A stretch of 32,761 nt of DNA, taken from a virus. Taxonomy: Duplodnaviria > Caudoviricetes. Position 1 is the first letter of the stretch; each line of letters begins with the position of its first letter. The translations under genes were made by a program, and so were the position numbers. This document shows positions 1-8,419 of the stretch, piece by piece. The notes under the pieces were generated by a model that saw nothing but the letters and a program-made list of their open reading frames with translations, did no database searches and was not told the origin of the DNA. Location of the stretch: the IMG/VR virus record IMGVR_UViG_3300017778_005394, positions 1-32,761 of that record; one strand, written 5' to 3'.

Positions 1-278
1 CCCGGATAAGTGATGGCATCATACACAGTGTCTGTGTCAGGCAACTTGAAAACAACCGCTGGCTCTAATTGATAGTTGGCACGCTCGGCTGTGGGTTCAA
101 CCACATAGTCAGCATCGGTGGGATTGATACCTGGGCCAATTCTACGACCAATATATCCCTGGGTTTTTTTAAATGAAGGTTCTTGTACCAGTTGATCAAG
201 AGTGCTGGCCAAAAACTGTCGATTGGTTGAGGTTTGAAAAATCTCTGGTAAGAAATCTACTGTTCTGATTCTAGCCAT
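1..278 (-). CDS. 5' part of a large baseplate/virion structural protein (gp7-like position), truncated by the window edge
   Basis: Manual translation from ATG at 278 gives MARIRTVDFLPEIFQTSTNRQFLASTLDQLVQEP..., open to position 1. The ATG overlaps the TAA of the gp6-like gene (TAATG coupling). Not in the ORF track. Confidence 0.75.
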   Translation of the reverse strand, partial: MARIRTVDFLPEIFQTSTNRQFLASTLDQLVQEPSFKKTQGYIGRRIGPGINPTDADYVVEPTAERANYQLEPAVVFKLPDTDTVYDAITYP

Positions 279-3200
279 TAATATGATCCTCCGCCAGATG
301 AGCCACTACCATATGATCCTCCGCCAGATGAGCCACTACCAGATGAGCCACTACCAGATGAGCCACTACCACCTGGCATTGCACTGTTTGCCATTAATGT
401 TCCGTTTGGCATATAATGATAACCTGCAGGGGCAGATCTGCCGCTACTAGACGAGTTACCACCGCCGCGGTCAGCGTAGGTAACTCCGCTGCCAGACGCT
501 GTTCTAAGGTTGGTACTTGTCAATGCATCAATAACTTCGATGTTTGCCACTGTGGCAGCGTTGACGAAGATCTCATTTGGTGCTGATCTAATTTCATATA
601 AGTCACCAAAACTCTTTTGTGGGTTTACTGGAACCAGCACCACTGAACTCACAATAGTTCCAATTTGCGAATGGATATACGCTGCAAGTTCAGAGAAGTA
701 GAATGTATCACCAAAGTCCCATTTATCAATAGTAAAATAAGTGTTGAGACTGGCCACAACAAGATTCTTAATTTCACTGACACTGGCCGTGCTGTTGGAT
801 GCTCTGATTACTTTGATAGTGGCACGTAGTTCAGCTGTGGCTTTGGCTCCAAACAAAGGTTTGAATACCACAGAATTTAAAATTAGATTATCTGAAATCA
901 TTTTGTAATCTTGCAACTTTTGAAATTCTGTAGTGAGCTCGTCAATTGTAGGCACCATAGGTTCAACCACAGTGCCAGTTGAATCTTTGATCCAGTTTTG
1001 ATAGGCAGTGTAGTAACCTTGTGTAACAACATACACATCAATGATATTTGTGATTGATGGATCAATTCTATTAGTCAATAAACTGTTGTGGCGATACTGA
1101 TAGTACAGATCCTGTCGGCCTGTTCTTGCCAAGAATTCAGTGGATTGTGTGAGTGTACGAGTACCATCAAATGCAATAGTCAATACATAAAATCCCTTAT
1201 CATCATAGGCGTAAAATACCTGACCATCAAGATATTGATCAGAATTTGATGTAATTTCTGACAATGTTCCGTATTGATAATTCACATATCCTTTTTCAGT
1301 CAGCAGGTATCGCTGTAAATTATCAAAGTCCACAGTGGCTTCTAAGAATACCAATGACCCACTTTGACCTGTGGTGGGATTTGGTCCCACTATTTCTTCA
1401 AAGAAATCTGGATTATCAGCTGCACCATCAGAATCTGAGTCTTGAAAGCTCACAATGACCTGGAAATCGTCAACATAACCATCGCTTTGTTCAGGCTGGC
1501 CAATAATTTGCATAGTGGTGTCGCCGGTCAAGGGTAAATTGCTAGCGGGCTGACTATTGGTTTTTAATACACGAATAAAGTCTTTGATTACCGTGCCTGT
1601 TCGTGAATCATAAATGCTGGCACCAGATTCAAAAAAGAAGCGGGTCTGCAGTACTGACGCAAAATAATATGTCAACTCACGTGCGGTCACAGAATATTGT
1701 GTGCCATCGGTTATAAATTCAATTAGCCAGCTTGCATCGCTGTAAACGCCAGCGGTGCTCTGTTGACTGGCTAAACTAAACGCTCCGGTGACATTGAGAT
1801 TTGTTTGCGTAATTATGTACCAGGTTGAAGTTAGATTATTATAACCAAGACCAAAATTACGATATAAACGAATTGATTCAATCATGTTTTGAACTATGGT
1901 CGAAGGCAAATCCGTCAGAAACAACGGTATGACTTGTGTGGCAATAGCTCCAGTTGGTACAAAATTATTGAGGGCCACTGGTCCAGCACCGTTGGTGAGA
2001 TTACCTTTGCCTTGATTGGTGCCATCTAGTATAACCCCGGTCACGGTGGCCCAGATAAAAAGTTTGTCAGTGTCGGCTGTGGGTATGCCTGCAACTAAAT
2101 GATTGAATTGATCAAAATAGTATCCATCAGGTGGAACAAACTTTACTAGAGAGTTGGGTACAATGTACTTTGTATTGCTGCTGGAAAACGAGCCCACTGG
2201 AAAAGGAGCAAACGGAGATGCAATATTTTTAAAATATCCAGTGGATAAGTTTGTCAGTGAAGTGCTTTGATTCCATGAAATATTCAATGTGACAAGATTT
2301 GGCCTTATGAAATTAGCATAGTAAAATTGCAGCATACCAGGTTCTAGTAGAATTGGCTGAACTTTATTTGTGACTGCGTCAGATATATCGTTGGTAGTGA
2401 ACCATGAGAACTGAAATGTGGGCAGCGTATTATCTTTATAGAGACCACCATCACTGCCAAACACATTGGTACTGGCATACTTGTTGGTGGTATCGACTAA
2501 TTCAAGATATCGAGAAGTTCCAATTGCACTGCGAGCCAGGGCCTTGGATTTGATAATTGAGTTGTACAAGGTGAACGGAAACAGATTGTAATCTTCGCCG
2601 TTGACCATACGATTCTGTGTGTAATAACGAGCAGGCGCACGTTGCTTGATCTCATCAATAGATTCTCGCACCTGTGCATTGCTTACTGGTGTTTGTAGAT
2701 TTACAGTAAATGTCAGTGTTTCAATTCGACCAGTACGGCTCACATAGCTGATTGGTAAAACAATGCTCTGCATTTCCTCGGGGTTGATGATGTATTCAAG
2801 TCCGTTTGATGATCTAACATAGGCGCGGAATAGTCCCACCGGAATAGCAGAGAACACTCCATCACCAAATGTCAGAGAAATCTGATCATTGCTACGACTC
2901 TGTGTTGAATAAATTTTACGCAGTCCGGTTGTGCTCTGTTCGGCAGCAGCAGTATAAACTGATTCAGTGTACAACCATTCAGACTGAACTGTGCCAATGT
3001 CATCAAGTTGGAACAACCAACGGTCTTCGTTGTTGATACCATCAATGTTGATGGCAACTACACGATTGCTGACTTTTTCTGCTAGATTAAAATCTGCAGA
3101 CTGCAACGATCCTTGTTTGAACAAAAAGAAAAATCCAGTGTTGTTGGAACCAAAGCCCAGTTGATCGTTACGATACAAGATGTTAAACGCACCATTGGGC

Positions 3201-3892
3201 AGGGGAGCAGGTTCATACAAATATGTTCGACCCGAAGATGTAGCATTGACTGCTTCAAACGGCATGTTAACTCCGTCCACTGTGGCAGTGTAAGGAATCA
3301 CAGGCAAATACCCTTGTACTAGATTCAACGTATATTCGTCTGTTTTAACGTTGATGATTGTTTGATTGCTTCCGGGATTACCGTAGCGTTGACTGTTGAT
3401 CAACGCTGCATTGACAATAGAAGTAAACTGCTCAAACCAGTCTGTGTTTGTGGGATCATTCCAGTTCACAGTGATATTGGCCAAATCTACGCCGTTGTAA
3501 TCTGTGATGTTTTCCGTGGTAGACACTGCAGTGACTTTGACCAGGCCTTGTGCTGCGGTATTGCGTTTGGCAGTGTAACTGACCAAACCGGCTAGCCGAT
3601 TGACAGAATCACGACGCTCGGCTGTGTCTATATAGTTTTCACGGGCATTTAAGTCGGATCGGAAAGCTAACGCTTGTCCCATGAAAGCAATGACATCTAG
3701 CAGTGCAATAAACTCCGAACTTTCAATATAATCATTAAAAGTTTCAGGATAATACAAACGCAAGTAGTCTACGAAACTCTTGCGTAGAGTCTCAAAATCG
3801 TAGCTTTGGAAGTCAGCTTCGCGATAGGTCTGATAGATCTGTTTCCAGTCCTCGACCCCAAAAATAACTGTTTGTCTGGTAGTTTTAGCCAT
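278..3892 (-). CDS. Baseplate wedge subunit, T4 gp6-like
   Basis: 1204 aa. Has an N-terminal DF..L..L...Y...FNDY.ESS...L.D segment and the ESIDEIKQRAP..Y.TQNRMVNGEDY motif of gp6/baseplate-J proteins. Adjacent to the gp25-like gene. Confidence 0.88.
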   Translation of the reverse strand: MAKTTRQTVIFGVEDWKQIYQTYREADFQSYDFETLRKSFVDYLRLYYPETFNDYIESSEFIALLDVIAFMGQALAFRSDLNARENYIDTAERRDSVNRLAGLVSYTAKRNTAAQGLVKVTAVSTTENITDYNGVDLANITVNWNDPTNTDWFEQFTSIVNAALINSQRYGNPGSNQTIINVKTDEYTLNLVQGYLPVIPYTATVDGVNMPFEAVNATSSGRTYLYEPAPLPNGAFNILYRNDQLGFGSNNTGFFFLFKQGSLQSADFNLAEKVSNRVVAINIDGINNEDRWLFQLDDIGTVQSEWLYTESVYTAAAEQSTTGLRKIYSTQSRSNDQISLTFGDGVFSAIPVGLFRAYVRSSNGLEYIINPEEMQSIVLPISYVSRTGRIETLTFTVNLQTPVSNAQVRESIDEIKQRAPARYYTQNRMVNGEDYNLFPFTLYNSIIKSKALARSAIGTSRYLELVDTTNKYASTNVFGSDGGLYKDNTLPTFQFSWFTTNDISDAVTNKVQPILLEPGMLQFYYANFIRPNLVTLNISWNQSTSLTNLSTGYFKNIASPFAPFPVGSFSSSNTKYIVPNSLVKFVPPDGYYFDQFNHLVAGIPTADTDKLFIWATVTGVILDGTNQGKGNLTNGAGPVALNNFVPTGAIATQVIPLFLTDLPSTIVQNMIESIRLYRNFGLGYNNLTSTWYIITQTNLNVTGAFSLASQQSTAGVYSDASWLIEFITDGTQYSVTARELTYYFASVLQTRFFFESGASIYDSRTGTVIKDFIRVLKTNSQPASNLPLTGDTTMQIIGQPEQSDGYVDDFQVIVSFQDSDSDGAADNPDFFEEIVGPNPTTGQSGSLVFLEATVDFDNLQRYLLTEKGYVNYQYGTLSEITSNSDQYLDGQVFYAYDDKGFYVLTIAFDGTRTLTQSTEFLARTGRQDLYYQYRHNSLLTNRIDPSITNIIDVYVVTQGYYTAYQNWIKDSTGTVVEPMVPTIDELTTEFQKLQDYKMISDNLILNSVVFKPLFGAKATAELRATIKVIRASNSTASVSEIKNLVVASLNTYFTIDKWDFGDTFYFSELAAYIHSQIGTIVSSVVLVPVNPQKSFGDLYEIRSAPNEIFVNAATVANIEVIDALTSTNLRTASGSGVTYADRGGGNSSSSGRSAPAGYHYMPNGTLMANSAMPGGSGSSGSGSSGSGSSGGGSYGSGSSGGGSY
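281..370. repeat. Coding tandem repeat encoding the Gly/Ser tail of the gp6-like protein
   Basis: ATATGATCCTCCGCCAGATGAGCCACTACC x2 (281-340), then AGATGAGCCACTACC x2 (341-370). Confidence 0.95.
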
Positions 3893-3909
3893 AGTAATAT
3901 ATTATTATG

Positions 3910-3917
3910 TATTTATG
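3910..3917 (-). promoter_or_regulatory. Putative T4-type late promoter (CATAAATA)
   Basis: Near-match to TATAAATA about 20 nt upstream of the gp6-like start. The same core recurs before other structural genes. Confidence 0.6.
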
Positions 3918-3935
3918 GCCCGGAAAACCGCGCAG

Positions 3936-4310
3936 TTATATGTAACTAGCCCGGCGTGTTTCTTGATCAAAGAATATAGAGAGTATTTCGGCGTTGGAGC
4001 TGGACACTATTTGTATTTGCAGTTCAAATAAGATACCATTTTCCTGCGGATAGGTGTAGACATTGGCCACAGTGAGCCTGGGATCGCCGCCGGCCACACG
4101 TTGTATTTCATTTTTCATGGCGATTTCGGTTTCAAGAGTCTGTGGTTCAAACAAGAAATCAAAGATTGCACTACCATACGCAGGTCTACCCACTAGCTCA
4201 CCTTGGCGTATGTTAAAGGCGTTGAGAAGATCACGCTTGATGAGATCCCGATCTACCAAGGTAAACTTTTTGAATTGGTTAATGGTGTTATAGCCAATGA
4301 ATGTTGTCAT
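3936..4310 (-). CDS. Baseplate wedge subunit, gp25-like
   Basis: 124 aa with the DLIKRDLLN.F....GE....P.YGS.I...LFEP and DPR motifs of the GPW/gp25 family. Confidence 0.9.
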   Translation of the reverse strand: MTTFIGYNTINQFKKFTLVDRDLIKRDLLNAFNIRQGELVGRPAYGSAIFDFLFEPQTLETEIAMKNEIQRVAGGDPRLTVANVYTYPQENGILFELQIQIVSSSNAEILSIFFDQETRRASYI

Positions 4311-4318
4311 AATTTTAT

Positions 4319-5911
4319 TTACCGATATTGCGAGGAGGGTTTGCCATCATCTTTGGGCCTTGGATAACCTATCTCAGCCAACCCCGAGAGTCCACGTCGT
4401 AGTCTTTCACGATTGATTCTATCCCAAACTATTGTATCATTACCAGTATAGATCAACTTTTCATCAGATGTACTACTTGAAAGAGCAGCACCAACAGAAC
4501 CGCCAAGACTCTGTAGGTTGCCGTCAAAACTTGGTAGAAAGCTCCCAACCCCTTGGGTGAGGTTAGTTAGAGATTCCTGTCCATAATCTATCACAGGTAC
4601 TTTGGCATCACCAATAAATGCCACCACTGATTGATTCAACACTTTGCGGTTCACAGTGTTTGTTACACCAGTGGCCACTTGCTCACCTGATGCGCCAGCA
4701 GGTAATTTAAAATCTGTAAAATTTACTGCAGTGAGGCCCTGCTTGGCCAAGTTGTTGATTGCATCAACAGAGCCAGCTGGTGCTGTTCCTTTGCTCCAGG
4801 CAGCAGTCAATGCAGCTCCGACCTTTCCGGCTGATTGTACCAGGCCACCTATTGCATCCTTGGCAGTACTGGCGGTGATAACTCCGGCTTTCTCCAACGA
4901 TTTATATCCGGTTTCCATTATGTTAGATTGCACTGACAGTTGCTTGGTGGAGTCGCCTACTAGAGAAGTCAAATTACTAACACCTCCTTTGCCAGTCCAA
5001 ACACCGCTAACATTCAACACGTCTTTGATTTTGCGATTTGAAGCAATGAGTGCTGGTGTGGTGCTGCCACCTGATACATTGACTCGTTGAGCTTCGTCAA
5101 TGTCAGCCTGTGTTACTTGTGCATTCTTGGTGTACTGTGCTAGTGTTCCGGGTTTTAAATATCCTGTTTGTTCCAACTGTGCCGGGTTAATGCCATACTG
5201 TCCTATGCCTTTGTCTAGGCTATAATCAGAAACTGATTGTTTGGTACTAGCTGCTGCCTGCCCCAAGAGACCTTGTACTTGTGTGCTGCTTAGTGCACCT
5301 ATTTCTTTGACCGATCCAACTCCAACTTTGACAAAATCAGCAACATTCATGGGGTTCTTGATGGGTATACCAGTGAGCTTTGACGCGGCTCCTAGGGCAC
5401 TGGTTATTCCCCCAGTTGCGCCTCCAGTGAACCGTGTCACTGCTCCTAGGGCACTGCTTATACCGCCGCCTATACCACTGGATAATCCACTTAGGCCACT
5501 GGCCAATTGTGAAACATTGAGTTGGCTGGCTGCTTTGAGCAACCCTCCAGCAAATTGTTTGGCAGCATCCAATGTTTGCCCGGATTTTAAACCAGTAAGG
5601 CTTCCGGTACTGGCCTGCTGATCAAAAATTGCTCGTGCCTGCGCTTCGGTGGTGCCGGTGGGTGCATTGACTGTAAAATTTTCCCCACCAAAATTAAAAG
5701 TAAACTTAGATCCTGATCCCGTGGCTGCACTGGTTGCGGGAGTATATTGTGAATAAGGGCTGCTGAAAGATTTACCATCATCCACGGGTCTTGGGAGGCC
5801 TATCTGAGTTAGACCTGGTAATCCTTGTTCCAGTCGTAGCTTATTGACCCGATTCCAGACTATGGGGTCGTCTCCGGTGTAAACCAATTTGTTATCAGCT
5901 GTATCTGCCAT
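4319..5911 (-). CDS. Putative baseplate-associated protein with duplicated terminal module and possible lysozyme-like core
   Basis: 530 aa, between the gp5-like and gp25-like genes. Contains GIGQYGINPAQLEQTGYLKPG...WTGKGG, and a 40-aa module repeated at both termini. Confidence 0.6.
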   Translation of the reverse strand: MADTADNKLVYTGDDPIVWNRVNKLRLEQGLPGLTQIGLPRPVDDGKSFSSPYSQYTPATSAATGSGSKFTFNFGGENFTVNAPTGTTEAQARAIFDQQASTGSLTGLKSGQTLDAAKQFAGGLLKAASQLNVSQLASGLSGLSSGIGGGISSALGAVTRFTGGATGGITSALGAASKLTGIPIKNPMNVADFVKVGVGSVKEIGALSSTQVQGLLGQAAASTKQSVSDYSLDKGIGQYGINPAQLEQTGYLKPGTLAQYTKNAQVTQADIDEAQRVNVSGGSTTPALIASNRKIKDVLNVSGVWTGKGGVSNLTSLVGDSTKQLSVQSNIMETGYKSLEKAGVITASTAKDAIGGLVQSAGKVGAALTAAWSKGTAPAGSVDAINNLAKQGLTAVNFTDFKLPAGASGEQVATGVTNTVNRKVLNQSVVAFIGDAKVPVIDYGQESLTNLTQGVGSFLPSFDGNLQSLGGSVGAALSSSTSDEKLIYTGNDTIVWDRINRERLRRGLSGLAEIGYPRPKDDGKPSSQYR

Positions 5912-5913
5912 GG

Positions 5914-7419
5914 CTAGTTCTTTGTAATGGAAACGTTTTCTGGTATCGGCACAGCAGCAGGTGGAGGACTGACGCCTTCGCCAATAGTCACTGCAACAGC
6001 CACTCCTTTGTTATGATAAGGCCAAGGCTCGTGTGTGGGAGCTCGTGTCACAACACTTTGTAATTTATTGATTTCCACTTGCCAACCAGTTGACACATCA
6101 AACTTTGTGTCGTCCATGGTGTACTTTGTCATGATTTTAGCCGGTGACACATCGTCTGCACCGCCGCCGTTGAGATCAATGCGGCCACCTTTGAGTTTCA
6201 ATGCTCCACCGCCATCAAAACTACCTCCTGCACCTTTGAGTGCTAGAGATCCATCAGCTCGTATGCCCAATTGAGCTTTGCTGTACAGTGTGGTTTTTCC
6301 TTGACTAAATGTGGTAATGGTTTGATCGCTTTCCACCCCAACATTTATTTTTGCTTTGATATTGATCTTCTCTCCGGCAAACATGTTGATGTCTTTGTCA
6401 GCATGTAAATTAATAGTGCCCTGTGTTCTAATGTTCACAGAGTTTGTGCTGAACACATCCACAGTGCCTTCTACGCCCAGTTCGATCCAAGTCAGCCCAT
6501 TGGCATGCACAATATAAAAGAAGTTGCCATCGTCACTCATGGTGATCTGATGTCCTTTGCTGGTGCGCAGGCGAATCATGGCATTTTGATTCTCTAGGTC
6601 ACCATCGTCCATGACAACGGTATGTCCACCTTGACGTGCAATCACCGTTACATCTGCTGGACTGAGTTTGTTCGCCATCAAGGCTTTGCGAATTTCATTT
6701 GGGCCAACTCCGCTTTGATATACCGGTCGACCTGGCGTTGAAATTCCATATACTGCGCTGGGGCTTTCACGCTGTGAACTACTATTAGTTGGACCACGTT
6801 CAGGATCTTTGTCAAGTCCTTGTTGGAAAAATGTGCCGGCTATCACAGCATGAATAGGTTTAGGCGAATCAAAGAATCTAGGATTGCTGATGATTGAATT
6901 GCTCTTGGCGTTGATTTCTGTCACTGGCTGCTGCGGTGATGTTTCAGTGTATTTGGCCTGTGTTTTGTTGCCAGGAATATATTGTCCTTTGGGGGCAGAA
7001 CCTATAGCCGGAATCATATGACTCACGCCAGGCTCAGGGATACATCCAAGATAGTAGCCCTGCGACGGATCGCCTGCTACAAAAAAGCACATCACTCTTA
7101 CCCCAATGTCAGGTGGTGTGAACCACATCCCATAGGTGTGTTGATTGCTGGTGTAGGTACCATTGCCGGCAGCGCCACCGTTGGGTTTTTGTGTTATCCC
7201 ATAGAATGGCGGCAAGTATCGCACTGTGCGCCAGAGTTTGCTGTTGGTTTTATCACCGCCTGAAAATTGTTCAATATAAACCTGTAAGCGGCCCGAACGA
7301 ATGCTGTCAACATTATTCATTACCTCGCCAACATAAGGTCCCATCTCCGCTGGCACGCCACCGCGATCAAATTTATATCCCTTGGGTCTGCCATGTGTGG
7401 TGTAAACGTTATCTGCCAT
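5914..7419 (-). CDS. Baseplate central spike, gp5/VgrG-like
   Basis: OB-fold-type D..RSGRLQVYI and YGMWF.PPDIG..V...F motifs, followed by RTSKGHQITMSD and beta-helix-like repeats. Confidence 0.82.
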   Translation of the reverse strand: MADNVYTTHGRPKGYKFDRGGVPAEMGPYVGEVMNNVDSIRSGRLQVYIEQFSGGDKTNSKLWRTVRYLPPFYGITQKPNGGAAGNGTYTSNQHTYGMWFTPPDIGVRVMCFFVAGDPSQGYYLGCIPEPGVSHMIPAIGSAPKGQYIPGNKTQAKYTETSPQQPVTEINAKSNSIISNPRFFDSPKPIHAVIAGTFFQQGLDKDPERGPTNSSSQRESPSAVYGISTPGRPVYQSGVGPNEIRKALMANKLSPADVTVIARQGGHTVVMDDGDLENQNAMIRLRTSKGHQITMSDDGNFFYIVHANGLTWIELGVEGTVDVFSTNSVNIRTQGTINLHADKDINMFAGEKINIKAKINVGVESDQTITTFSQGKTTLYSKAQLGIRADGSLALKGAGGSFDGGGALKLKGGRIDLNGGGADDVSPAKIMTKYTMDDTKFDVSTGWQVEINKLQSVVTRAPTHEPWPYHNKGVAVAVTIGEGVSPPPAAVPIPENVSITKN

Positions 7420-7439
7420 GTTATCCTCTATGCATTATA

Positions 7440-8417
7440 CTAAAAGCCAAAAAATCTAGAATCTGGGGTGTTGTCTTGTGCAGTGACCCGTACGTTGGTA
7501 GGTGCCACTATGTCTTTTAAAGGAAACGTCTGACTGGCTATGGTAGCTTTTCTTGCATCCTGTGCCGAGGCTACTTTTTTATTGGTTGGATTGACCCGAG
7601 GCGTATTGTTATTGGGAGTCAATCCAAAACTTTGGCTACCAAGGTCAGCAGCTCTAACTGGGGAGTCTACAACTTGTGAGGTTTTTGGCCTTGGGAAAAT
7701 ATAAAGACATCCCTCTAGAGTTTGTTCAAATTTCCCTTGACGGAACTCGCTAGTTATTTCTGTGGCGTAAAATACATAACTCTGTTGTGTGGCACCACGG
7801 TTAGCAGTGCTGAACTGTTCAGGTAATGCGTTTGTTTGGTCCACTGCCTCTTCAGCATTGGCTTGTGTTGTTGCAGCAGTGTCTGGACTAGGGCTGGAAC
7901 TAACACCAATAGCAGGTGTGTTGCTGTTAGACACAGCGACCACTGGATCTGGTTGTGTGGCAGTGGTGGTGGCAGCGTCTGGACTGGTAAAAGTCTGTGT
8001 GGGCGGTGCTGGATTTGTAACGCCAGCATCGCCTGATTGTTTGACTTCTTCGCCGGCACTTTGTGTGTTGTTTTGTGTGGCGCCGATTCTCACGGCCTTG
8101 TTTGCTAGACTTTTTGCAATTGCCGTGTTATTTTGTGTATCAATAACCAAGTCAATTAATGCCTCTAGGCTTCGAGCCAACTTGGGATCAAAATCATTTC
8201 CTGTACTGTTGTCTACTTGAACATTGCGCACTTGCAGTGAAAGTGCTGCCAATTGCGTGCCAAGTGATTCCAGAGGGCCTAGGGCTGCGGCGGCTCGTGG
8301 TTGATCACCGCTGAGTACATCTTCGCGCAAAGTATTGTATTGGTCATTAATCTTGCCCAATTCGTCTACTAGAGCATTGCGTTTATCTCTCAATGCTCGG
8401 TTTTCTTTTATCGCCAT
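7440..8417 (-). CDS. Protein carrying an apparent C-terminal segment of the baseplate hub
   Basis: 325 aa: a coiled-coil N-terminus, a low-complexity linker, and YVFYATEITSEFRQGKFEQTLEG, which resembles the final beta-strands of hub (gp27/gpD-like) proteins. Confidence 0.55.
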   Translation of the reverse strand: MAIKENRALRDKRNALVDELGKINDQYNTLREDVLSGDQPRAAAALGPLESLGTQLAALSLQVRNVQVDNSTGNDFDPKLARSLEALIDLVIDTQNNTAIAKSLANKAVRIGATQNNTQSAGEEVKQSGDAGVTNPAPPTQTFTSPDAATTTATQPDPVVAVSNSNTPAIGVSSSPSPDTAATTQANAEEAVDQTNALPEQFSTANRGATQQSYVFYATEITSEFRQGKFEQTLEGCLYIFPRPKTSQVVDSPVRAADLGSQSFGLTPNNNTPRVNPTNKKVASAQDARKATIASQTFPLKDIVAPTNVRVTAQDNTPDSRFFGF

Positions 8418-8419
8418 GA

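Noticed and set aside
281-370. Possible CRISPR-like array
   Set aside because: Head-to-tail repeats with no spacers, in frame within a Gly/Ser coding tail.
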